Assembly: GCA_951406725.2 (NCBI GenBank) | Contig: OX597823.1 | Span: 61,938,001-62,002,000 of the forward strand | DNA: 64,000 nucleotides | Direction: 5' to 3' | Origin: Octopus vulgaris | Taxonomy: Eukaryota | Shown here: in pieces, positions 52,422-64,000 of the stretch | How the letters are laid out: each line of letters opens with the position of its first letter | Numbering within the stretch: position 1 is the stretch's first letter | Notes under the pieces: model-generated | Seen by the model: the letters and a program-made list of their open reading frames with translations, nothing else | The model's database searches: none | What the model was told of the DNA's origin: nothing | Program-made: the position numbers and the translations under genes

Positions 52422-52559
52422 TTCTAGTGTAGCTAGGGTGGCACTTTTAAAAGGAAAGCTCTTTTGGGTCTGCTATAGGCAATATGTGTTTTTTGTGGGG
52501 TTCGGGGGCGGCAAAGGGAAGGGCTGCTCCAGGCAGCACACACTCTAGCTACACTAGTC
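52422..52559. mobile_element. hAT-type MITE (138 bp) with 8-bp TSD
   Basis: TIR CTAGTGTAGCTAG/CTAGCTACACTAG; direct repeat TCTATTGG at 52414-21 and 52560-67. Confidence 0.85.
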
Positions 52560-52607
52560 TCTATTGGCCTTTCAACCATTTGGTTGGCTTTCAAACTCAA
52601 CAGTTCT

Positions 52608-52641
<34 letters not shown>

Positions 52642-53479
52642 TCGTTAATATCCATGCATTCATGTCAGCATACCAATATATTTCCTCAGAAACTTTTACT
52701 TTTATCATTTATGAGACCTAATATTTTCTGTGACTGACCTAGTTATTTTTATGAGGCCTAACATTTCGTGTTTGACCTAGTTAAGTTTCAGTCTTCCTTG
52801 CTTGGACGCTTTCTTACCTTCTCCCATCAGAGGTAAGCAATTATGTATTCACTAAACTCTCTTCCATTCACATGTCTAAACCAGACAAGAAGTGTTATCA
52901 TCTCTTCTACATACTATCAACTTGTGATGTTTTTGTTGCCGAAATTGATTTCTCAATTAAAATTAAAATTCAACCAGTTAAGATGTGCATATCTAATTCA
53001 TCTTTAATCACTGTAGTTGAACCAGCAAAGGAGTGTCTGAGGCACCATTCAATGTGCTAGAAATAGCAGGTAAATTTTGTTTGAGATCATACCCTATTAT
53101 TACAAAAGAAAAGTGTGTATAGGAGTGGAATGGGATAATGTAGTCAAATTACTGTCTGGGAAGGAGATGGTAATGTCATAGCTGGAACATCTTTGATTAT
53201 AAGCCTGTTCACTCAGCGCTGACTTGCAGCTAACTAAACAACATTAAGAAATAAAAATCAATGTAAATCCTGTGTATTACTCCCCTTCTTTCAATGCCAC
53301 TTCTTGTTTGTTGTGTTGTTTTTTTGTTTGTTTGGCAATCAACCCTTTCTCAAGAATGGAGATAATAATTCTCTAAACAATTTTCCTCTCTCTCAACCCT
53401 CATTAATTATGCTGTCACTAACTTCATGTATTACTGAGAACTTTGCCTGCTATGAGTCAATGGAGTCTCTATTAAAGTT

Positions 53480-55720
53480 GGAGATGGTACATCTGTAGTT
53501 AAAAGATATGTCGTCACCCCTTTGCCTTTCTATTAATTTTGTAGGGATAAAATTCCAGAATGCTGCTGTTCATCTTGGAGAGAATCAAGCAAAATCTTTG
53601 GTGCAGGGTTTGGTGGATGAAGTATACGAGGGGGTACCTAAAAGAAACTGGAATATTGCAATATTATTCTATTCACTTAGTTTTACATGTTGACACTTTT
53701 ACCGCCTTCAAAGGAGTTTCCATTTGAAGCAATGCATCAGTCCAGATACGTTTTCTACTGTTGGAAGCATTGCTGCAACTCTTGCGAAGTGATGCTTTTT
53801 AATGCCTCTATTGTTTTTTATTCACCCCTTCCACATTTGCAAATTCTGTAGCACCAGCTTTCGTCACCAGTGATGACCTTTGAAAAAAGGTCAGGATCAA
53901 CTTCTAGCTGTTCTTTCAGTTCATGACATTGATCTTCCGCGAGCAAGCAAGGCACAAATTTTGTTGCAACTCTTTTCATTTGTAATTCCTCACTCAAAAT
54001 TTGGTAGCAGGAGCTCTAGGACACACCAGTCATATTAATAAGTTTGTCAATTGTTCAGTAATGGTCCTCTGAGATCAATTCATGAATTTTCATGCTTTCA
54101 TTTGCTTGGACGGTCAATCGTGGCCCTGAATGAGGTTGGTCCTCAAGTAACAAGTGACCATTCCTAAAGTGTGAAAACCACTCGTAAGCTTGTTTTGCTC
54201 CTGGCAATGTCCTTGTAAGCTGTTTGAAGCATGACAACAGTTTTGGCCATTTCCCCCAGCAGAAAGCAGAATTTCATGGAAACAGACTGTTCCTTCATTT
54301 CAGCCATTGCAAAAATCGAACAGGGGAGAAGCACTGCAAAACAGATGCACTATGTGGCAGTACTTCATCACTAGATGACACTGGTTGGCAGACTGATGCA
54401 CGAGGGTCGCATCAAGTGGCTTCTAGCTGTTGAAGCCTGAATTACCATGGGCTTGTCCCACAGAGGACGTTTCCAGTTACTTTTGGGTACCCCCTTGTAA
54501 TAGAGATGAGTAGAACAAAAGCATGTTAATCAGGTGCTAAGATATAGCATGCTGCTTGATAGTTCAGTAAGAAGATATAATGCAACAATGGGCTCGTGGT
54601 TGTTGCATTTTGTTCCATAAACCTCTGCCATCCATGTGGCTGCCTTGTATTTGGACACAGTGTAGGATATTTATGGGTTCATGTGATCCACTAGTGCAGT
54701 TCTTTATATGAAACACTGGTCAGAGCTGAAATATTTTGCAGGTCCTAAAAATAAAGCCTAGCATTTGGAATATAGATTTGGTAATTTTATAGATATATAA
54801 TTTTGATGAGAGATCATCAAATACTTTGAACATGAGGATTTGTAGTAGCCGTGAGCAGTTCATGAGTAGAAAGGACACAATTCAAGACTGTTTCTTTGAT
54901 ATTAATGCTATTGAGGATAGGCACAAGGGGTTTCTATGTTTTTGTTCATAGAAACGATGGAAGTTTGGCTTGGATTATCTGGATTGCATGCTTATGTCAT
55001 GTGTGTAGAATGTTATATAGTGATGTTTTGTAACTTGGTCATTAAGTGCGTGTAAGACCTCAGAAGTGATAACGAGATCATTAATTTACAGAAGAGTTTA
55101 GGTGCATTTTTTAATTCTTGAGGCCCACTAGAATTAACAGAAGTTAGAAAGATCCCCCTTGATGTGTACAGAAATGGGGTTGTAAATTTCCAATCAATTT
55201 GATGAGAGATGGCTGAAAATCATAATTAGACAACAATGCTTGGTAATTATTTTACTAATGCTATGGATAATTTACATTGCTTTCAATGTAGCTCTCAAGA
55301 ATGCGGGCCCATTGCTGTGCTACATAGGAAAGTATATCTCTTGTATGTCTGGATCTAAAGAAGCTGTCCTGCAGTTAACCAAGTTGAATGAAAGAGACTG
55401 AAAATAATAGTGACTGTCACCTCTAAAATGTTGTTGGATGATAGGTTACTATTTGATAAAGTCAGAGAGATTGCCATTTGGGGGTATGGGTCAAATTATC
55501 ATATGGTTCCATATGTTGAGGAAGATCTTTGTAGACTTAGAAGTAGTTTTGGAATCAGAAAACAATCATTTGAAATTTCCTTCAATCATTACCTGAGAAT
55601 ATTGCTTGAAGCATTTCACAGATAAACTTACTGACCTTGTCTGTTAATTTAGATATGAACACGGATTTAAAGATTTCTGAAAAGCAGCAAAATACGATCA
55701 TCTTTTAACTGTTGGTGGTC
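53480..55720 (-). mobile_element. Old CR1/L2-type LINE ORF2 remnant split by a mariner insertion
   Basis: Minus-strand remnants WNHMII*PIPPNGNLSD...PI (the WKxAxVxPIPK..NYRPI motif), MLGFIFRTCK, and FWNFIP (the WNxLP terminal motif). Confidence 0.7.
53625..54499 (-). mobile_element. Internally deleted mariner element with ~29-bp TIRs and TA TSD
   Basis: TACGAGGGGGTACCTAAAAGAAACTGGAA versus reverse complement of right end TACAAGGGGGTACCCAAAAGTAACTGGAA. ORF 54055-54237 (AYEWFSHFRNGHLLLEDQPHSGP) is a mariner HTH/linker. Confidence 0.92.
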
Positions 55721-57993
55721 ATGAATTAATTGATGTGATAATAATTAAAGTTAAGCCACATCTTGGAAAAAGCAAATATATATATATACATGTATATATA
55801 CGGGAAATTGAAAACTTGTAATGGTTTAAATTATATAGTTTTTTCACCTTTTGCTATCATTATTGAATTAGTTCGTAGAATAAATTAAATAAATTAATTA
55901 CAAACACCTATTCAGCTGTTAGCTTGTTCTGTTTGCATGACTTCGGTTCAGTAGCTTCATCAGTGCTAAAATATCTGTTTACTGAGCAAACGTCTATTTG
56001 GTTATTAATCAATTTTCGTCTTCCACATAATCATTAATCTCTCAGTACCTGCACACAAACAACTCACACAATGGACAACACAACATATACACAAATTCAG
56101 TCATGTATTTAGGTAAGAATCACATTGTTAGATGTGAATTAATAAAATTAAGAATTCTGGGTTCATGTTTAAGAGTGAGGAGATCATAAATGTAAAAAGC
56201 AACAGAGAAATTATAGCTAAAGATTTTCAACTTAGTGCTTCTTTAGCCATCTTTTGCATGTTTCTTTGTTGGATGTCTTAAATGTATATTTTTAGTGGAC
56301 ATCATCTTTAGAATATATATTCGTTGGATATGTTTAAGAGAAAAAGTAATTTTTTAAATTTCATTTAAGTTAAAAAATTTGGAAGCATGACATTTTTTAA
56401 AGTATTTTTAACATGTTTATCAAATTTTTGTGAAATCTCACTGTAAAGGAACAGTAATTATTCAAATATATAGTTGTGTTTCTCAGAATAAAACTTAAGT
56501 AAACAACTTAATGGCTCTAAATGCTTTTTCTCCAAAGGTTATGAACCTCAAATTGCTCGTAGTAGATGATGAGTTTGCAGGTTGAGAAAGGTCATACTTA
56601 ATAGAAACTTCTGAAGTATGAGAGATGTCACACTAATTAGAGGTAAATGTTTAGTTGTCTGTGCTGTTATTTATATTGGCTACCTTCAACCTAACTACAT
56701 CTGTAATTTTGTAATCTTGGCTTCATCTTTAAAATTCTCAGCTCTGACATGTAAGAAATAATTATGTTAAAGAGGTCTGATTTAAGCTTTATAATAAACA
56801 TCTTAAATATTAAAAACATATCACATGATACAAATAATTAATATGAACTTGAAGTATAAACTATATATGATTAAGATTTACTTATATGATTAAGATAGAC
56901 TACTTATAATTCCATAATTTCTTGTTCTCTGTTAATAGAGATATTTAGTAAATCAACATTGAACAAATGTTGAATGCCATTACTTAAAATTTTGTAGTTG
57001 TTTAATCCGATGGCTTATATGAAAAGTTTCTATAAGAAATAAATGTTTATTTTAATTTAAGTGAAATCATTTCTAAAGTATAAATCCAATTATATATGAG
57101 ACGGGTATATGATATCAGAGGATTTGAATTTACCATATTATTGCTACTTATTTTATCAACACTTGATAAGTAAAAGATAAGAGTGACATCAACAAAGAAA
57201 GACACAAAATCAAATATTGTAATACATTTAGTTCAACAATCAGCAATTTAGTTCAAACAAATCAGTTTGGTATTTTTTTTACATTTGTCAAGTATCATGT
57301 TAAGTGCAGACATGGTTGTATGGTTAAGAAGTTTACTTCCCAACCACATGGTTTTGGTAAAGTCCCATGCTGTGACACCCTGGATAAGTATTATCTATTA
57401 TAGCTCCTGGCTGACTAAAACCTTGAATGGATTTGGTTGCTGGAAATTGAAAGAAGACCATTCACAGACACACACACACCAATATCATTGACATCATCAC
57501 CATTTAACCTCTATGTTCCTTGCTGGCATGGGTTGGATGGTTTGACAAGGATCTGATGAGTCGAAAGATTGCATTGTGTTCCAGTGTCTGCTGTGGCATG
57601 GTTTCTATAGCTGGATGCCCTTCCTATCACAGTCACTTTACAGTGTGTACTGGGTACCTTTGTTGTGCTACCAACACTCTTGAGGTCACCACGTGTTTGT
57701 GTGTATGTGTGCATAAGAATGTCGACATTCTTTGTTTTCACATGACCCCGACAATGATGTCTTGAAGCTCCTATTCTTTTGAAGATTGTTGCAATAAAAA
57801 GAAAACTCCTTACTAGAAATCAGGTATGGGTTCACAACAGATAGGGCAACTGACCATAAAATATTGTCTCAAGTAAGTCTCCATTCAAATGAATGCCCAC
57901 ATGAAAAATTAGACGTAGAAGTAAAACACTTGTACATATTTGCAAAAACTCAACATTAATGCATTATATATTTGGTCTTCAGCTTTATTATTG

Positions 57994-58203
57994 TTCTTAT
58001 TTTAGTGTCCTTTGTCTGAAACCTTTCATCACACATCTTGTGACCTCTTTAGTAGCCCTCCATCCCACATGTCTCCTCCTGTTCTGTTTAGTCCATTCTA
58101 AATGGACAAAGCAGAAAAGGAGGGGACATGTGGGTTGGAGAGTTGCTGAAGAGATCATAGGATGTATGATGAAAGATTTTAGAAAAAGCAACTAAAATAA
58201 GAA
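57994..58203. repeat. Foldback palindrome with ~104-bp arms and a 3-nt loop
   Basis: Left arm 57994-58097 matches the reverse complement of 58101-58203 along its whole length, mostly with transition differences. Confidence 0.93.
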
Positions 58204-58436
58204 TTGGTGTGTTAGTTTTTACATTAGCCAGTATTTCTTTCTTCATTCTATACTTCAGTGTGGGTAACATCCAAATCTTTGTAAGGTTGACTGCCTAGCC
58301 AGCAGAGTATCAGGCTTGGTTTGGAATATGATGCAGTAGGTATACTGACAATTGAAATTATTGCAATTAGCTGCCTAATGCATTAACATCATGCTGCAAG
58401 CATTTTTCTGAAGGTGTGTCTATTAGATTCTCTTAG

Positions 58437-59235
58437 CCTTTTACTTGTTTCAGTCATTGGACTGTAGCTATGTTGGGGCACCACTTCGAAGGGTTTTTAG
58501 TCAATTAAATTGAACCAAGTACTTGTTCTAAGTCTAGTACTTATTCTATTGGTTTCTTTTAACCATAGTTATGGGAGTGTGTGTCAGGGATGGGCAAACA
58601 AACCATCACTGCTTTTGTCAAACTTGGGACAAACTCAACACTCACCCATATCACACACACACAATACCACACAACAAACTTCTGTACAATTTTTGTTGAC
58701 CACATTTACTCACAAAGCATTGCTGTGCCTGACACATAGCAGAAAACTTTTGGCCAAAATGCTCATATTATGGGACTGAGCCAAAGCCACATGGTTGCAA
58801 ACCAAACTCCTTTATCCAGAGCCATCATCATCATTTAACTTCCACTTTTCCATACTTGTGTGGGTCAGATGGAATTTCTAGAGGCAGATATTCTATGGTT
58901 GGATACTCTTCTTTATCACCAACACTTGTCTGTTTCCAACCAAGATAATGTTTCCTTGTAACCAAACCTATTTTTCAAAGAAGACTAGAAATGAACATCA
59001 CTTGTATGATCGTGGCACCTGTTTTCAATCATCATATGATGTAAAAACAAGTGCACACACACACACACACACACATCCCTCTCTATCAGTTTCCATCCAC
59101 CAAATCCACTCACATGTCTTTGGTTGGCCCAGGACTATAGAAGAAGACATTAACCCAAGGTGCCACACATGGGACTGAAACCAAGACCACATAAGTTGGG
59201 AAGTAAGCTTCACAACCACAAGGCCATACTTGTAC
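58437..59235 (-). mobile_element. Degenerate SINE A, RTE-tail-like repeat and SINE A head in series
   Basis: ttacttgtttcagtcattggac (58441), catcatcatcatttaac (58823), tttccatccaccaaatccactcac (59090). Confidence 0.7.
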
Positions 59236-59875
59236 CAGTAAAACATGACTGAATTCTCTGTTTCTGTCCTTTATAGATTTAATGTGTTATTAGTTTAATA
59301 CTCTAACCAGTAAGTTATCATACATATTTTTATGATTTTTAAATTTAATAATATGCTTTAGATTTAGTATAAAATAAAATAGAAAACTGAGTAATCTTTA
59401 CTTTGTTTTCCCTAATTTTTTGCAAATCATTTCCAGACAATTTTATCCACTAATTAGTAAGGTTTCAATGAGGTCTCATATCAAAAATAATTAATTATAT
59501 GCAATCATATTAAATTGTATTTAAATTAGAAATTCGTTAATGTTACAACTAATGGAAATGCGTGCTTCTTTCTTCAATTTTTATCTTTTTTTATTACTCT
59601 TTTTTTTTATAACTTCCATATTGATTCGGATAATTTAATTTTTGAGTTCATTTAGTTTACATTTTGCTTGTTCGTTTACAAGTTTAGTTTGTATTTGTTT
59701 TTAAAGAGGCCTGCAGTTCATATAACACATCACTGAACTTTCTTCAATACCATTCCCTTAAACAAGATATGCTACCATACTACTAGAAATAGTGAAAAAA
59801 AAACTATTTATAGTGAATTAAAAATACATAAAGTGACAACTAGTTTTAATTTCTAAGTGATTATTTTGACTATAA

Positions 59876-59917
<42 letters not shown>

Positions 59918-60719
59918 TGTAAAATCTTTTAAAAATATAAATATGCATTGCTAAATTGAAAATTTACTATATATTTGTGTGCATGTTTGTGTGTGTATTC
60001 ATTTATATATGTATATTTATACATATATAACTTATAAAGTTTCTATTTTAGTGGTGTATATTCTTAAATTAAATAACTTTTTCTAGCAATTTTGTTTTCT
60101 TTTACTACTTCTGCCTGCCTATAATTTTTTTTTTGTTCTGATTTTTTTTGTTTGTTTTTGAAAGTGTAGGGGGTGTTATTTATTTTACTTTATATTTTCC
60201 TCGTGTGAAAAATCTGCCACAAAACTGCACATAAATTACATCAAACACTGAATATTTCCTGATCAATGAGATATTCAATTGGTGTTGAAGACAGAGAAGA
60301 AAATCCTTGCAGAATCAGGCACGTAGCAGCACATTTAATTTCTTTCTTTAGTTCTGTAGTCTGTTTTACTTTTTTCCAATTTGTTTCTTTGCTTTTGTAC
60401 ATGGTTAGTGTTTGAGAAAAATCAATGCATTAGAAGATCAGCATGGGTTCTTTCAGCAATGTTATATTGTTATGTTAGTAGTAGTTGGGATTTCTATAGA
60501 GTTCCAATCATATGATTTTTGCTAAAATATGTTTTCTCTGTAGGCGAAGGTGCTGGCATTGTTGCTGTTGTTGTTGTTGTTATTGTTAGTCCTCAACCTC
60601 AAAGGTAGACAATTTAAATGCTTTGGTGGAGGAAGCAGAAAACCATTGTATGACCCGTTGGATCACTCTTAGAGCTTAAATGTCCAACAAAGCTATTGTT
60701 CATGAAGTACTATAAATAA

Positions 60720-62060
60720 TAATAATAATAATAGTTTCAAATTTTGGCTCAGTACCAGAAGTTTTTGAGGGGTAGGGTGAAGTTGGTTACATCGACCCCA
60801 GTACTTGCCTAGTTGGTACCATGTTAAAAGCACCTGTGCCGGCACCATGTAGAAAGTGCCTGGTACACTCTGTAAAATGGTTGGCATTAGGAAGGGCATC
60901 AAGCCATAGAAACCATGCCAAAACAGATGACTGGAGCCTGGTACAGCCCTCTGGCTTGCCAGTTCATGTCAAACTGTCCAACTCATGCCAGCATGAAAAC
61001 AGGCTTTAAATGATGATGATGATGACGATGGACCCTTCCAAAAGGATGAAAGACAATGTTGACCAGCAGAATTTGCACTAGAATGTAATGACAGACATAA
61101 TGCCTGATGGCATTTTGCCCGATGTGCTAATGATTCTATCAATTTGCCACCTTAATAATAATAATAATAATAATAATAATGGCTTCAAATTTTGCCACAA
61201 GGGCAGCAATTTTGGAGGATGGGATGAGTCGATTACATTGACCCCAGTATTCAACTGGTACTTATTTTATCAACCCTGAAAGGATGAAAGGTAAAGTCAA
61301 CCTCGGCGGAATTTGAAGTCGGAATGTAGTGATGGGCAAAATACTGCTAAGCATTTCATCCAGTGCACTAACAATTCTGCCAGCTCACCACCTTAATAAT
61401 GATAACAATAATAATAATAATTCATCTGCAGGCCTGAAGTTTTTAGAGAGGAGCTAGCCAATATTACATGAACCTTAGGGATCAACTGGTTCTTATTTTG
61501 TTAGCTCTTAAATGATGATTTGCAAAATAGACATTGGCAGACACAGACACAGAATGCGAAACCAGGAAAAATGGTTGAAAGCATTTTCATGGCATGTTAA
61601 TGATTCTGCCGACACACTTCCTAAACAATAAAAATAGTGATGATGATAATAAAAATAATAATGCTTTCTACTATGGGCACAAGACCTGAAATTTGGTTGG
61701 GGTGCTAGTCATTAAAATTGATCCCCAGTGCTCAACTGGTACTTGTTTTATCAACCCTGAAAGGAAAAGCTGACTCTGACAGAATCTAAACTGAGAACAT
61801 TAAGATGGACAAAATGCCACTGAGCATTTTGTTTGGTGTCCTAATGTTTCTACTAGCTCACTGCCTAAATAACAATAATAATAATAATGATGAGGATTTC
61901 AAATTTTGCCACAAGGGCAGCAATTTTGGAGGAGGGAATGAGTCGATTACATCAACCTTAGTGCTCAACTGGTACTTATTTTACTGACCTTTGTGGAATT
62001 TGAACTCAGATCGTAGCAATTGGTGAAATTCTGTTATGCATTTTGTCCAGCATTGCTGCC
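60720..62060 (-). mobile_element. Tandem array of about five SINE family C copies with (AAT)n linkers; the first is interrupted by an RTE tail (60818-61030, plus strand)
   Basis: Repeated ttcaaattttg(c)cacaagg...accccagt..tcaactggtactt...aaaggatgaaag...gcattt...ttctgcc units. Confidence 0.85.
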
Positions 62061-62524
62061 TTATTAATAATAATAATGATGATGATGCCCTGATGCAATA
62101 CCAGACAGTGGCTCTCATGGTTTTTGATCTTGACTGTTTGGAAGTGGTAAGTTCTACATGTTTTACCTTTGTGTAAAAGATGGGCTACAACAAATATTCT
62201 GCTCAATACCATAGATTTGCTTGTCATTTTCTTAACCAGCTGAGCATATCCTTTAGTGGCTGACAATATGTGCAAACCTGATCATGAGCAGGAGTTGCTG
62301 GGGTACATCATAGCCATATGTTGAGAGGAATTATTTGGGGTTTGAAGTTGGACCATTTTGTACATAAGCATATATACACTTTTTGTATTTCATGTTTTAA
62401 TAGAGTAAAACTTTATATGTTGATCTAACTAACTTGATTATCCCTACAGAAAATATATTCTCATCTATGAACTACGTATGTATACATGTGTGTGTTTATA
62501 TATGTGTGTGTGTGTGAGAGTGTG

Positions 62525-62575
<51 letters not shown>

Positions 62576-62583
<8 letters not shown>

Positions 62584-62981
62584 ATAAAAGATTGTGGGTA
62601 AGGCCAAAACAATGCAAAGTAAATCACAAGAAAACAAATATGTGAATTAATGTAGACTTACCTTGTATTCAATATTTCGGGGTTATGACCCCATTTTCAA
62701 GAAATTGATCAATGTGGCTGATGTGTGTGGACATGTGCAGAAGGGTGTTGCTATAGCTACCAGCTGGTTCCTGCAACACCCTTCTGCGCATGTCCACTCC
62801 ACATACACTCACACACATGCACATCGGCAACATTCATCAATTTCTTGAAAATGGGGTCCTAACCCTGAAATATTGAATACAAGGTAAGTCTACATTAATT
62901 CAGATATTTGTTTTTCTTGTGATTTACCTTGCATTTACTTCGCATTGTTTTGGTCTTACCCACGACTTTTATACAATATAT
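62576..62981. repeat. ~400-bp foldback element with long inverted arms and a ~21-nt loop
   Basis: 62576-62751 is the near-perfect reverse complement of 62773-62981, apart from two small insertions in the right arm. Flanked by (TA)n. Confidence 0.95.
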
Positions 62982-63009
62982 TCTACACAATGCTTCATAG
63001 TAATTATTC

Positions 63010-63060
<51 letters not shown>

Positions 63061-64000
63061 TATATATATATGCACATACAGACATATGGTTAAATGAAGT
63101 AATATTCGCAATTTCAACTATTTTCTAAGAACAGATATATTTCTGATTTGAGTTTTTCCTTTAGAATTACTATCATATCTGGGAATACATTTTCTAAATA
63201 TTCAATATTAAGATTCTTCACCAAGTTTCTTGATTGGCACTGCCATTTCCAGTGGAATATTTAAACTATTATTTAAATGATTTATTTTCCAATCCTATAA
63301 GTCTATAAATATTTATGACTAAAGGGCTCCAAGCTTGTTCTCAATTTCAGTATTCTGGGCCAGATTTAGCTTACATCTATTATTTAATATGTTTTTAGTT
63401 GAGAATTTGCTAAAACCCATTATATTACTGTTTAATTATTTCCAACTGGAATCTTTTCACACTCACAAGAATATGTTCTCAGAATAGATAATAATTGAAA
63501 GTATATGTGTTTTATTTTATTTTCTCTTGTGCACATTTAAATAAAACTTCTGAAGTGACATTTTCAATTATGGAATCGCCTGGAGACAGCATGAACTGTT
63601 GTGTGTCTCACCAAGCTAGCGTATAAACTAAAATATCTGCTTGATTATAACCAGCTGTGAATAGTGTATACATTAGTAAAGATCAATAGTTTGAATGCAT
63701 ATTTCAGCTTATTAGGTGGCTTGAAGAAATAGTTACTAATCATAATCATTTTATGTACATTTTGCTATGCTTGCATGGATTGGATAAGTTTTTCTATCAT
63801 ACTGTGTCTCATCCTTGTGGTCTTTTGTGAAGTTCAGTTTCCAGATTTCAGCATTGGCTCCTTCTATTCATGTCCTCATAATTTAGTTAGGAATTTCAAC
63901 TGTGTTTCGTGGTCTGCTGCCACAACAGCTCCTTTAGAGGATCCAGTTAGCTCAAGACATCATCAGGAGGAACCACGTCTGGTTTTGACTCCTACTCCTT

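Noticed and set aside
55930-55968. Minus-strand CTGATGA...CGAAG hammerhead-like string
   Set aside because: Stems II and III do not pair and GAAA is absent.
57550-57572. CTGATGA-GTC-GAAAG hammerhead-like string
   Set aside because: No room for stem II, no stems I or III, and it lies in a diverged RTE-tail copy; chance match.
60324-60345. TAGCAGCACA, resembling the miR-15/16 5' end
   Set aside because: No precursor hairpin around it and the rest of the mature sequence does not match.

Overview
AT-rich, microsatellite- and transposon-dense eukaryotic non-coding DNA (intron or intergenic). The repeat families resemble those of octopus/coleoid cephalopod genomes; this assignment is an inference from recognising the families, not a database result. 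I found no intact protein-coding gene or confident host exon. Nearly all ORF-track entries are microsatellite or repeat artefacts. The window holds many tRNA-derived SINEs of at least three families, decayed RTE, CR1/L2 and R4/Dong-like LINE fragments, a Penelope-like GIY-YIG fragment, Tc1/mariner remnants, several MITEs (mariner, piggyBac-like, hAT-like), a ~1.08 kb (TA)n tract followed by a hairpin minisatellite, and two long foldback palindromes. Most interesting: (1) at least four sequence-unrelated type-I hammerhead-ribozyme motifs in short Penelope-like elements, one nearly intact at 7445-7495; (2) a young SINE copy (45882-46278) with a strand-specific cluster of A-to-G changes in ADAR-type context, possibly an RNA-edited transcript written back into the genome; (3) abundant foldback/dsRNA-forming architecture.
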